Below are positions 11,418 through 22,291 of a stretch of 64,000 bases of DNA, piece by piece. Origin of the DNA: Waddliaceae bacterium (GTDB lineage Bacteria > Chlamydiota > Chlamydiia > Chlamydiales > SLFE01). How positions within the stretch are numbered: the first letter of the stretch is position 1; each line of letters begins with the position of its first letter. Where the stretch lies: assembly GCA_963771045.1 (NCBI GenBank), contig CAVYRW010000004.1, positions 1,873,436 through 1,937,435 of the forward strand, given 5' to 3'. The translations under genes and the position numbers were made by a program. The notes under the pieces are model-generated. The model made no database searches, was not told the origin of the DNA, and saw only the letters and a list, made by a program, of their open reading frames with translations.

Positions 11418-12574
11418 ATGGAAATAAAATCGTCAAATTTTGCAGCTTATATCAATCCCGGCGAATATCAAAAGCTAGGACGGCATATCAATAGAAAGCA
11501 CATCAATGAGAAGTCTTGGCTTGGCGCTCTCATCCAAAGCTGGGATCCGAAACATTTCCCCTACCGTTTATCCAACAAAAAATATGGTCCGATGGAAAAT
11601 CGAACAACGTCCCCCAAATCTCAGAACTTCCTGCTCCCCTCCTGCAGAGGAAAGCGGCCGCTTTATCTCATCAATATGCCTTTTGTCCCTCCCCAATCAA
11701 GAGATTATGCCTCGTTCAACCGCGCCGCAAACAAAATCTGCGATGAAAGCTTCGGAAAAACCGCGAAATTTTCAAGAAGAATCATCGAAAGGCGCGCCGC
11801 TCTTGTTGTCGGCATGAACCGCTATAAATCTCTGGATGAAGCTGAAAACCGCCGTTTTTGCAGATACGTCAGAGAACTTCCCAAAAAAAATGACCTCCCG
11901 TTAAGAGTGATTGGGAAATTGTGGGTTCCGGTGTGGACCCAGGATTCGGAATCCAAAAATAATATTTACTGCCCTTGGAAATCTTTTAAATTGTTAAAAG
12001 TTTTAAAGCCACAGCCTTGCAGACAAAGTCAAAAGAATTTACGAAAAGTCATCGCCTTATCTCAGAAAACAAATTCCCTATCAAGCGATTCGCAATTGGA
12101 TCCTTCATTCCAAAGCCACAGCAAATCTGGCTTCCCATATGCTGAATTTAGGAAAGGGAAGACCTGTTTACCTCAAACTCTCCGACGACGATACAGTCAC
12201 ACTCAGAGGCGGCGGCAAGGGTAGCCCTTTCAATCTATGATAACATTGTGATAAATGCGCCGGCAGTGCCAAGACTGCTCACGACAGGATATCGTCTCAA
12301 AAGCGATGAAAAGCCTTTGCTTCGTCTAGGTGTCGTACTGGACATGGCGGTAAGAGAAGCGACAGCCTCAGTGATCCCTTTAGGCCCCTATTTTCCCGAG
12401 CCCAATTTACTATTTCTGCTCAATGATAAGAACCTCGAAGAATTTTCTTTTGAAGGAAATTCAAATGCACTCGAATCGCGCCGCTTAATTGCTTCAAACC
12501 GTGATTATTTCACCTCAGGACCTGTTATTTTTAAACAGCGACCTCATTTGTCACAGCAACACCTGAAAGAATGA
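11418..12574 (+). pseudogene. Hypothetical protein read across 3 frames; possible GT-A-like fold (very tentative)
   Basis: ORF 11418-12224 continues in another frame as ..ADKVKRIYEKSSPYLRKQIPYQAIRNWILHSKATANLASHMLNLGKGRPVYLKLSDDDTVTLRGGGKGSPFN. It then continues in the frame of ORF 12248-12574 as IYDNIVINAPAVPRLLTTGYR... Confidence 0.4.
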
Positions 12575-13146
12575 AATCAAAATACAATCAAACGATTGAT
12601 GTTCTTAATAAAACGACTCTGGGACAAAAAAAGAATCTTCAGGCTCTTCGAGGCATCAGCCAAAGCCACGCGATGCCGAGGCAATGGGCCAACAATATCT
12701 ATGCCGCCCTGCCGCTAAAGATTTGCCGCGTGACGGATATCACAAAAGAGATAATGGCAATCTTCAAAGTTTTTGATCCTATTTCCTTATCTTTTTGTTT
12801 GTTTCCCGAATATAATCAGAGCCATTTTGACAGCATGCTCAAAAATTACGATTCTTACATTGCGTTTTTGACAAAAGCCCTCAAAAAAAAGTCAGATGAA
12901 TCTGTGAGTCAGCGATCTTTCGCCCAGCTCTTTCATCCGAATAAAAAAGAGACAATCCATTTGGAGGCCTTTTTTTCCATGCAGGTTAAAACTATGCGAA
13001 AAAGCTTTAGAAATTTAAGGAAACTCGGCCTTGAACGGCAGTGGAGATATAAGGTGATCAAATCAGCCAAACTTTCGGGTAAGGCGATGTGGAAGATCTT
13101 CAACAACAAATTCTTAAGTCAATGTATTATAGGAAAAAAAACTTGA
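12571..13146 (+). CDS. Hypothetical protein, start coupled (ATGA) to the preceding orphan
   Basis: 191-aa ORF, lysine-rich, with no recognisable motif. It converges on the PP2C gene and overlaps its 3' end. Confidence 0.35.
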   Translation: MKSKYNQTIDVLNKTTLGQKKNLQALRGISQSHAMPRQWANNIYAALPLKICRVTDITKEIMAIFKVFDPISLSFCLFPEYNQSHFDSMLKNYDSYIAFLTKALKKKSDESVSQRSFAQLFHPNKKETIHLEAFFSMQVKTMRKSFRNLRKLGLERQWRYKVIKSAKLSGKAMWKIFNNKFLSQCIIGKKT

Positions 13147-14530
13147 AGGTCGGTGGCATTGCCCCCTTTGGCCTGTACAGCTGCCTTAACTCTCTGAATG
13201 GGCTTGTTCTCCCTGATTTCTTCTTCTTCAAGCTGGTCAACGCCGCTGCTGCACAGGCGAAGCAGACCTCCCCTTCTTGAAGCGTGGCAACGGAGATCTC
13301 AGGCCGGCGGCTAATACCCGGAACATTTAAATCCCCAAAACCTCCCCCCGCCTCCAATTTTCCAAAAATTTTATCATCAATAATGACAACGCCTCTTTTC
13401 ATCAGTTCCGGGTCATTCGGCTTCTGATCGCGAGTGAGCTGTAGAACCTGACCATTTTTTCTGAGCAATTGGGCCTGGCTGTCGCCAAGGTGTGCAGTAA
13501 ACAATCTGTTTCCGATACGAATGGAGACCGTCGCTGTGGTGCCGCTTTCTGTGCCAATTGGATTATTTCCGGTGTTTTCGAATGCTCTTTCTATTGCTTT
13601 TTGCACCTCTTTTTCATCCCGAATATCGACTTTCTGCAGCTGTTTTTCAAGATGGAGAGGAAGAGCTTTGGACACAAAGTCAACCCACTTGCCGCCTCCA
13701 TGCCCGTCAAAGACGCCGACCAAGTCGACAGTCTGATTTGGATCAAGCCTTATAGCCTTATACTCAAAACGATCTTCTTGAGTGTCTTCAAATCCCGGCG
13801 AACTGCAAAAATCAACTCTTGTTCCGGTAGTCAATGTTGTCGATCCTTTCTTAAACTCGACAGTCTTGCTTGGCTTGCGCTCCTGATTTATCGGTGTTGA
13901 TTTAGGAAATCCTTTCTCCAGCTCATCTTCTTGCCGCAGCGGCCGGCCGGCAAAATAATCGCTCCAAAAGGCATAGGCGCTTTGGAAAGCTGTAATCGAA
14001 TTCTTATTTTCCTTTCCATAGACATTTTTCAAAAATACATGATAATCTTGATAAGCTCGTCCTTGATTTATAAGAGTCTCTCTCTTCTCTTTTTTCCAGG
14101 CCATCTTTTTAACTTCATTGGAAAACCAATCGAGTTTTTTGGAAGATATTCGACTAAAATCGACATACTTGAAGTTCTCTTTAGTTTCTATCCTCATGTT
14201 TTTCGCGATTTCTTTCAAAAGAGAGTTGAGAAGCGTTTGACGCGTTGTCATTCTCCACCTGATTAATTGACTGTAAACAGACACGGCAACCTTGCTTAAC
14301 TCCCCTTTAAAAGTCGGTTTATCGCTTTCATCGGAAATGATCCGTCCGGACAGGGTGAGGCTTCCCGTAGCTTCTGAAAAGATTTTAGACGCCCGAGAAG
14401 CGAAATTTCCCGATGCCTGAGGGAGAATATCTTGGACTGCTTTTGAAATCGCATCTTGCTCAGTCTTAATATTTACTTTTATTAATGGCTGCTGACCGGC
14501 CTTAACTGGTTGTATTCCAGGAGTGTCCAT
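13114..14530 (-). pseudogene. PP2C-family Ser/Thr phosphatase with a roughly 240-aa N-terminal extension of unknown function; 1 frame break near 13255
   Basis: PP2C motifs VGVFDGHGG, TATVSIRIGNRLFTAHLGDSQA and GGFGD. The last motif, (F)ALCSSGVDQLEEEEI, is reached only after a 1-nt shift from ..GEVCFA. Confidence 0.8.
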
Positions 14531-14686
14531 AAAAACGCCTCCTTTTTTATTAATTACATAATTATTATAACATAATTATAAATTAAATTATTTATTATTA
14601 AAGTTAATTAATAAATATTACTAAATTTTAATGGTAGCAACAAATTCTCGTTTCGCTATAGTGCGGTTAGAAGGGGTTGATGCGCT

Positions 14687-17396
14687 ATGTCCGAGACTGC
14701 TGAACATCAAAGGCTGTGGGATTACCACGAAAAAAAATCCAACTGGAAACACTGGGGCCCTTATCTCAGTGAAAGAGCCTGGGGAACAGTTCGGGAAGAT
14801 TACAGCAAAAACGGCGATGCGTGGAACTACTTTCCCCACAATCAAGCCAGATCGCGAGCCTACCGGTGGGGCGAAGACGGCATCGCGGGCATCTCTGACA
14901 GAAACCAGTATCTTTGCTTTGCCCTCGCCCTTTGGAACGGAAAAGACGCCATATTAAAAGAGCGGATGTTTGGACTTTCCGGCCCCGAAGGGAACCACGG
15001 CGAAGATGTAAAAGAGTATTACTTCTACCTTGACTCGACCCCGACTCACAGCTACATGAAAATGCTCTACAAATATCCCCAAAACGCCTACCCGTATGAA
15101 GACCTGATTGAAACCAACAAAAATAGAGGATACAACGATCCAGAATACGAACTTCTCGACACCGGAATCTTCGACAAAAACGAATATTTCGATGTCTTTG
15201 TCGAATACGCCAAAGGTGACCAGGATGACATTTTAATCAGGGTCACAGTTGCCAACCGAGCAGAGAAGGAAGCTGAATGCACGATCCTTCCTACGCTCTG
15301 GCTGCGCAACACCTGGAGCTGGGGATACCCGTCAGGCCCGATGCATAATGTTTTTGCCGAGCCGAGCCTCTACTTTGAAAAAGAGACTGGTCGTGTGAAG
15401 GCAAATCACTGCCCGCTGGGCCATTATTTTTTTCATGCGGAAGGAAATCCGGAATTCCTCTTCACAGAAAACGAAACGAATACCGAAAAAATCAATCTGG
15501 AGCCCAACGACAAACCCTATAAAAAAGACTCCTTTCATCGATATTTGATCGATGGAGAAAAAGATGCGGTCAATCCAGACGAAGAAGGCTCAAAAACAGC
15601 CGCCGTCTATAAAGAAACCTTTACGCCAGGGGAAGAAAAAGTCTTTCATCTCCGTCTGACAAATCAAGATTTGGAAAATCCATTTAACGATTTCGATCAA
15701 ATCTTTCAGCAGCGGATTGACGAGGCCGATGAATTTTACGCCGCGGTGCAAAAAGAGGATCTGACAGAAGATGAAAAACGGGTTCAGCGGCAGGCGTTCG
15801 CAGGACTTCTTTGGTCAAAGCAGCTTTATTACTACGATGTCATCCAGTGGCTAAACGGTGATCCGAAAGTTAACTTCCCGTCTGAGGAGAGATGGCAAGG
15901 GAGAAACCACGAGTGGGTCAACATGGCCTGCTTCGACACGATCTCCATGCCCGATAAATGGGAATATCCCTGGTTTGCCTCATGGGATCTGGCCTTTCAC
16001 TGCGTGGCCCTTGTCCTTGTCGACCCCGACTACGCCAAAAGGATGCTGACTTTAATGACGAGGGAGTGGTACCTGCATCCCAACGGGCAGCTTCCTGCCT
16101 ATGAATGGTCGTTTTCCGACGCCAATCCTCCCGTTCACGCCTGGGCGGCGCTCAGGGTTTATAAAATCGATAAAAATTTCACCGGCGAATACGATGTCGA
16201 TTTCCTTAAAGTGATTTTTCACAAACTCCTTCTCAACTTCACCTGGTGGGTCAACCGCAAAGACGAAAGCGGACGGAATGTCTTCGAAGGAGGCTTTTTA
16301 GGACTCGACAATATCAGCATTTTCAACCGCAGCGCCAAAATGCCCGAGGGAGGCGTCCTCGAACAGGCCGACGGCACAGCCTGGATGGGCTTTTACTGCC
16401 TGACCATGATGAAGATCGCCCTGGAGCTCTCTAAGTACGACGCCACCTATCAGGACTCGGCCACCAAATTTTTCGAACACTTCCTAAGAATCGCCTACGC
16501 CATCAATGATTGCGGAGGAAGGGGACACTCGCTTTGGGATGATGAAGACGGGTTTTTCTACGACGCTTTAAACCTTCCCGACGGCACCATCATTCCGATT
16601 AAAGTCCACTCGCTTGTCGGCCTTCTTCCCATGTTCGCTGTCGAGACGCTTGAACCCGATATGCTAAAAACAATGGATGTCTTCGACAGGCGCATGAAGT
16701 GGTTCATGGATAACCGTCCCAGACTCACAGGCATGATGGCCTGTACGAAAACTCCCGGAGAAAACAAAAGACGTCTTTTCGCCTTCCTGACGAAAGACAA
16801 ACTCCTCAGCGTTTTAAAGTACATGCTCGATGAAGACCGCTTCCTCTCCCCTTACGGAATAAGATCGGTATCCAAATACCACGAAAAACACCCCTACAGC
16901 CTCAAAATCGACTCCCAGGAATTCAACATCAGCTACCAGCCCGGCGAGTCGGAAAGCGGACTTTTCGGAGGAAACTCGAACTGGCGGGGGCCTGTCTGGT
17001 TTCCCATCAACTTTCTCATTATCGAATCGCTTCAAAAATTCCATCACTACTATGGAGACGATCTTAAAGTAGAATGCCCCACAGGATCCGGGACAGTACA
17101 TGAACCTCTGGGATGTCGCAACAGAACTGTCTTGCAGATTAAACCGTCTGTTTTTAAAAAATCAGGAAGGAAAGCGCCCCATATACGGCGATAGAACTAT
17201 TTTTCAAAAAAACCCCCATTGGAACGACTGCATCCTGTTCAATGAATATTTTCATGGCGACACAGGATATGGTCTTGGAGCCGGCCATCAAACCGGATGG
17301 ACAGGTCTGACGGCAAAACTGCTCCAGCAATCCGGCGGGGAAGAAACAAGAGGAGAAATTCATGAGAGGAGCTCTAAGAAAACAGCAATTGCCTGA
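14687..17396 (+). pseudogene. Glycoside hydrolase family 63-like glucosidase (about 900 aa), 1 frame break near 17095
   Basis: N-terminus ..WKHWGPYLSERAWGTVREDYSKNGDAWNYFPHNQARSRAYRWGEDGIAGISD is typical of long bacterial GH63 proteins. (alpha/alpha)6-type C-terminal region ..WFASWDLAFHC.. and ..GGNSNWRGPVWFPINFL... The tail continues in ORF 17100-17396 (..NEYFHGDTGYGLGAGHQTGWTG..). Confidence 0.8.
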
Positions 17397-17403
17397 AGTG
17401 CAC

Positions 17404-18226
17404 ATGCCCTCAAAACCGATTGAAAAAGTCCTAAAGGGACAAAAAGCCCTCGTCACCGGGGCAGATTCGGGAATTGGCAAAGGAATCGCTATTGCCATGG
17501 GCCAAGCCGGCGCCGATGTGGTTGTCAACTACCACAAAGGGGAGGACAAAGCTCAGGAAGTTGTCGAGGAAATCAAAAAAAACGGCTGCAAAAATGTCTA
17601 CGCGCATCAGGCCGATGTTTCGCAAGAAGACCAAGTCATCGACATGTTCGACAAAATGCGGCAGGAGTTCGGCACTATCGACATTCTTTGCAGCAACGCC
17701 GGCCTGCAGCAGGACGCGCCGCTTGAAGAGATGACGCTGGCGAAATGGAACCTGGTTCTCAGCGTCAATCTGACCGGACAGTTCCTCTGCGCCCGCGAAG
17801 CGGTTAAAGAATTCAAGCGAAGAGGCGTTAGAAAAGAAGTCTCCTGCGCCGCGGGAAAAATCATCTGCATGAGCTCTGTCCACCAGGAAATTCCCTGGGC
17901 AGGACACGTCAACTACGCCTCGTCTAAAGGGGGCATCAAAATGATGATGGAAAGCATCGCCCAAGAAGTGGCGCCGCACCGCATCCGTGTCAACGCTATC
18001 GCCCCGGGAGCCATCAGGACCCCCATCAACAAAGACGCCTGGGACACTCCTGAAGCTTATGAAAAGCTGATGGACCTTATCCCCTACAACCGTATCGGAG
18101 AACCCGACGATATCGGCCGGGCAGCCGATCTGTCTTGCCTCCGACGACAGCGACTATATCACCGGAACGACGATATTTGTCGACGGAGGTATGACCCTTT
18201 ATGCCGGATTCACAACCAATGGATAG
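17404..18226 (+). pseudogene. Short-chain dehydrogenase/reductase (glucose 1-dehydrogenase-like), 1 frame break near 18130
   Basis: TGADSGIGKG cofactor motif, NAG, and the catalytic SSVHQEIPWAGHVNYASSKGG (YxxxK). The C-terminus ASDDSDYITGTTIFVDGGMTLYAGFTTNG* is reached only after a shift. Confidence 0.8.
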
Positions 18227-18236
18227 GAGGCCGCCG

Positions 18237-19805
18237 ATGAACCAGCACTTTGATGTGATCATTATCGGAAGCGGAGCCGGCGGGGGCACCCTCGCCCGCC
18301 ATCTGTCGCAAAATTCCGATAAAAAAATCCTCATTTTAGAGCGGGGCGACTACCTCCCCCGTGAAAAAGACAACTGGCGGTCCAAAGCGGTCTTTCTCGA
18401 CCAGAAATACCACACTCAGGAAATGTGGATCGATAAAGACGGGCAGGAATTCCGCCCCGGAGCCTTCTATGGCGTTGGCGGCAACACCAAACTCTACGGC
18501 GCTGCCTTAATGCGGATGAGGGAGACAGATTTCGGCGAAGTTGAGCACAAAGGGGGAACTTCCCCCGCCTGGCCTCTTAACTACAAGGACTTAAAGCCTC
18601 ACTATCTGCAAGCTGAAGAGCTCTACCATGTTCATGGACTCAGAGGAGAAGATCCGACAGAGCCGCCTGATGAGACCCCCTATAAATATCCCCCCGTCGC
18701 TCATGAGCCGCGCATTCAGAAACTCTCGGAAGATCTTGAGAAAAAGGGTCTGAAACCTTTTCATCTCCCTTTAGGTTTAAGGCTTGACGAGTCCAACCGG
18801 CACAAGAGTCCCTGCATCAAATGCAGCACCTGCGACGGCTTTCCCTGCCTTGTGGACGCTAAAGCCGACGCCCAGGTCGTCGCTGTCGACCCCTCCCTTG
18901 AAAACGGCAATGTGACGCTGATCAGAAACAGCTATGTGCACAAGCTTGCAACAGACGATTCCGGAAAAACTGTTACCGGGGTCCACGTTCAGCAGGGCGC
19001 CAGCGAAAGCGTCTACACAGGAGAAATCATTGTTATCTCCTGCGGCGCTGCCAATTCTGCCGCTCTTTTACTCCGTTCGGCAAACGGCAAACACCCCAAA
19101 GGCCTTGCCAACAGCTCCGATGTCGTCGGCAGGCACTATATGTGCCACAACAACAGCGCTTTGATGGCCCTCTCGATTCACCCGAACCTGACAAAATTTC
19201 AAAAAACCCTGGCCCTGACCGATTTTTACTATGGTACCGATGACTATCAATATCCGATGGGACTCATCCAGATGCTTGGTAAATCGGATTCGGAAATGCT
19301 AAAAGGAGACGCGCCGAAGATCACTCCCCTGAAAGTTCTAGAAGAGATGGCAACCCATTCAATCGACTTTTGGCTCACAACGGAAGATCTTCCCGATCCA
19401 AACAATAGAGTCACAATCGACAAAGACGGGCGCCTTCACCTGGCTTATACGGAAAATAATCTGCAGTCGCACCAAAAGCTCATCAATCAGCTAGAGAGCA
19501 TACTCGAACATATCGGATGCGAAAAAAAGCTGCTGAGAAACAATTTATACTTAGGAAAGAAAATACCCATTGCGGGTGTTGCCCACCAGTGCGGAACGGT
19601 CCGCTTCGGAACCGATCCGAAGACATCCGCCCTGGATATCAACTGCAAAGCCCACGACCTCGACAACCTCTATGTCGTCGATGCCAGCTTCTTCCCTTCC
19701 GCATCAGCCGTAAACCCCTCACTGACAATCATCGCCAACGCGCTTAGGGTCGGAAGCCATATACTCGAAAGACTTGGAGCTAAAAGCCGTGCGGCAGTGA
19801 AATAG
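18237..19805 (+). CDS. GMC-family FAD oxidoreductase
   Basis: GGAGG RBS lies 7 nt upstream. MNQHFDVIIIGSGAGGGTLA (FAD GxGxxG motif). An internal Cys cluster CIKCSTCDGFPC. C-terminal GMC motif ..AGVAHQCGTVRFG.. ..LYVVDASFFPS... Intact. Confidence 0.8.
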   Translation: MNQHFDVIIIGSGAGGGTLARHLSQNSDKKILILERGDYLPREKDNWRSKAVFLDQKYHTQEMWIDKDGQEFRPGAFYGVGGNTKLYGAALMRMRETDFGEVEHKGGTSPAWPLNYKDLKPHYLQAEELYHVHGLRGEDPTEPPDETPYKYPPVAHEPRIQKLSEDLEKKGLKPFHLPLGLRLDESNRHKSPCIKCSTCDGFPCLVDAKADAQVVAVDPSLENGNVTLIRNSYVHKLATDDSGKTVTGVHVQQGASESVYTGEIIVISCGAANSAALLLRSANGKHPKGLANSSDVVGRHYMCHNNSALMALSIHPNLTKFQKTLALTDFYYGTDDYQYPMGLIQMLGKSDSEMLKGDAPKITPLKVLEEMATHSIDFWLTTEDLPDPNNRVTIDKDGRLHLAYTENNLQSHQKLINQLESILEHIGCEKKLLRNNLYLGKKIPIAGVAHQCGTVRFGTDPKTSALDINCKAHDLDNLYVVDASFFPSASAVNPSLTIIANALRVGSHILERLGAKSRAAVK

Positions 19806-19810
19806 AGATA

Positions 19811-20219
19811 TTATTTCTCAAGCCGTTTGTTCAGTTCCTTGATCAACTTCGGCAAATGAGGAATAATAAATTCTTTATGGAGCTGCTTTATCCTGACAAG
19901 TTCATTATAGAGGCGTGTCTCGGTCTTTAGAGAACATGTTTGATATTGCAACGCATCTAAGATTTGCCGCGTACAATTACTATAGCGCTTGTTATTGACA
20001 TCACGGTGCGTATCGTACAAACTATTCTTAAAGTTGCAACAAGAGAGCACTGGTTCCATCAGCTCCCAAACAACCTTTTTGATGACAGGATAGTCTTTCT
20101 GATTGGCTCTTAAGCACTTAATCGCAATACTACTCGAGATCTTCCAGGGAAGTTTCAATCAAATTTCTTCTCTGTTTCTCGAAATATTGATAGTTAGAGG
20201 AACCTTCTATCATAGACAT
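19811..20219 (-). pseudogene. Hypothetical protein, 1 frame break near 20140
   Basis: MSMIEGSSNYQYFEKQRRNLIETSLEDLE joins ORF 19811-20158 only by a frame change. No recognisable motif. Confidence 0.3.
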
Positions 20220-20224
20220 CTCCT

Positions 20225-20767
20225 TTATATTTGGTTTTGCCAGGATCCTTCCCAATGATATATCGGAGAGCGGATCGCAAAAGGTTTTTCTTCGACTAAA
20301 TTCTTGACAGCCAATGCTCTTGCATTGTAACAATCCGGTTTTTCTTGCGACAATGTTTTTGCCGCCTGTTCAGGTAGAAAATAGGGATCGAATCCAAAAC
20401 CGCCACGGCTTCTGGGCAGGACAATCTTTCCTGAAAGTTCTCCTTTGTATATATACACCTGAGTATTTTGCTTCCTGGCCAGAAATACAGTCCAGACAGC
20501 TTTTCTTCCTAAAAGCTTGTCCAAATCACCTTGCAGCCACTTGATATTGACTCCGATATCGCACCCTTCTATATCCAGACTGGTGTCATCCACCAAAACA
20601 CCGCCGTCTATTTGACTGGCCTTGTGGATGATGACAGTGAGGGGATCGGCATCTATTTCATCGAGATCAATACCGGAAACATCAAGTCGCAATCCGTATT
20701 TTCCAAAAAAACTTTGAAATTCCTGCAGTTTTCCGGGATTGCTTGTGTTCAACTTGTAAGATTCCAT
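20225..20767 (-). CDS. rdgB: Non-canonical purine NTP pyrophosphatase (RdgB/HAM1 family)
   Basis: N-terminus ..LNTSNPGKLQEF.., then ..DDTSL.., and FGFDPYF near the C-terminus. 180 aa, intact. Confidence 0.75.
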   Translation of the reverse strand: MESYKLNTSNPGKLQEFQSFFGKYGLRLDVSGIDLDEIDADPLTVIIHKASQIDGGVLVDDTSLDIEGCDIGVNIKWLQGDLDKLLGRKAVWTVFLARKQNTQVYIYKGELSGKIVLPRSRGGFGFDPYFLPEQAAKTLSQEKPDCYNARALAVKNLVEEKPFAIRSPIYHWEGSWQNQI

Positions 20768-20899
20768 TTTAACAGTATCTCTAACAAAATAAAGAATTTA
20801 AAGTAATATTATAAATTCATTTACCATTTTTATCCAATACTTTTGAACAAAAATGTCTTGCCGGATGAACCAGATATATATATTTTTTCACACTTTGTA

Positions 20900-20928
20900 T
20901 TGCCAGTAATTTAACTCTTTTGTAATGT
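20900..20928 (+). promoter_or_regulatory. Candidate sigma-70/66-type promoter for porin copy 1
   Basis: TTGCCA at 20900-20905, a 17-nt spacer, then TAATGT at 20923-20928. It sits about 84 nt upstream of the ATG at 21012. Pattern match only. Confidence 0.3.
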
Positions 20929-21011
20929 AAGGAAGACATCGCCTAAATAGTGGTGATAGGCTATTTCAACGCTTGCGAAATAGAAATTAAACAAAAAAAG
21001 GAGTGACATCA

Positions 21012-22155
21012 ATGTCTCTTCACAAAAATGGAGCGTCCTTTAAAGGGACCATTAACAAAGCTATAGCTTTTGGCGCGGCTTTGTTAACTTTGACAGGCTC
21101 TGTCGGTTCTCTTTCAGCTGCCTACGATCCTTACTATGCGGATAATTGCTGTCCGGATACGTGCTGGGATCCTTGCGCCTGCGAGTTGCCCGACTTTGTC
21201 GTATATGCCGACTTTATTTACTGGCAAGTCCATCCGGAAGGACTGGAATATGCACGTAAGGGAGGGTTTGGCCTTGACGCAGAAACAGAGGTTGATGGAC
21301 ATGGCTACATCGTCTCCCCCGAGTGCGAACTCGAGCCGGGATTCCGAATCGGTTTGGTCGTTGATCTTGGTTGCTGCAACTGGGATTTCTATGCCCAATA
21401 CACATGGTTGAGTGATTGCTTTCACCATGAAGTGAGAAACCCTTATGATCCGACTGTAGGAGATGGGCCTATTGATCTTCAGCCGCTTCTCTGGAACCAG
21501 GGGCTTAATCCTAATATTTTGAACCTCTCAGCTTAGCAAGAGCCGAGTGGGATTCGACATACAACGTACTGGACTTCGGCCTTGGCCGTACATTTTCTGT
21601 TAACTGCTGCTTTGACTTCCGCCCTCACTTAGGGTTCAAAGCCACATGGCAGGAACTGAAATATAAAATCCGCTACGAAAGTGAAGATACGACAGAAATC
21701 ACTCAGCATGCCGAAATCCATAACAAGACCAACTTTGATGGTATCGGTCTTCGAGGCGGATTCGACGCTGCTTGGAGATTCTCTCCTTGCATCAGCCTGG
21801 TTGGAGGACTTGCCGTATCTACTGTATGGTCGGATATAGAAGTCCACCGCAGGGACTACTACACGACTAATGTAGATACAGTAGATCCAACGAACAACCT
21901 TGATCTTAAAATGGATCGTTGCGCGTTGATCCCGGTAACTGAACTTTTATTCGGGCTTCGCTACGACACAACCATGTGCGACTGCTACGATATTTTCGTA
22001 TTCGTCGGCTGGGAAAACCAAGTTTGGTGGAATCTTAACAGATTCATCTATCGTTAACTCGTGATCTCGAAGGAGAAGGAAGCAGCTACCAGTTTGGTCC
22101 GCATGGAAACGTCACTTACCAAGGTTTGACTGTTAGAGCTGGATTCAGCTTCTAA
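21012..22155 (+). pseudogene. Cysteine-rich MOMP-like outer-membrane beta-barrel protein, copy 1; at least 2 frame breaks (near 21525 and near 22050)
   Basis: Signal peptide, then ..AAYDPYYADNCCPDTCWDPCACELPDFVVYADFIYWQVHPEGLEYARKGG... Further on ..CCNWDFYAQYTWL.., ..NCCFDFRPHLGFKATWQELKYKI.. and the C-terminus ..YQFGPHGNVTYQGLTVRAGFSF*. Confidence 0.75.
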
Positions 22156-22182
22156 ATTCAACTTGGATTAAGTGCTGATATC

Positions 22183-22217
22183 AGGTCCTGATTCGAAAGA
22201 GTCAGGACCTTTTTTTT
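22183..22217 (+). terminator. Rho-independent terminator after porin copy 1
   Basis: AGGTCCTGA (22183-22191) and TCAGGACCT (22202-22210) form a perfect 9-bp stem. A T7 run follows at 22211-22217. Confidence 0.7.
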
Positions 22218-22291
22218 ATTTCCGGTTGATTCCATTTATCATGCTCCTTTAGTATGTTATCTTTCACTTTGTCTATAAAGGAGCGATATCA

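Noticed and set aside
14531-14686. AT-rich stretch with repeated CATAATTAT and TTAATTAATAAAT motifs, considered as a repeat element or CRISPR-like leader
   Set aside because: The repeats are short, few and irregularly spaced. The region is simply the divergent intergenic (promoter) region between the PP2C and GH63 genes.
17431-17979. 182-aa minus-strand ORF inside the SDR gene
   Set aside because: Antisense shadow ORF. The plus strand carries complete SDR cofactor and catalytic motifs.
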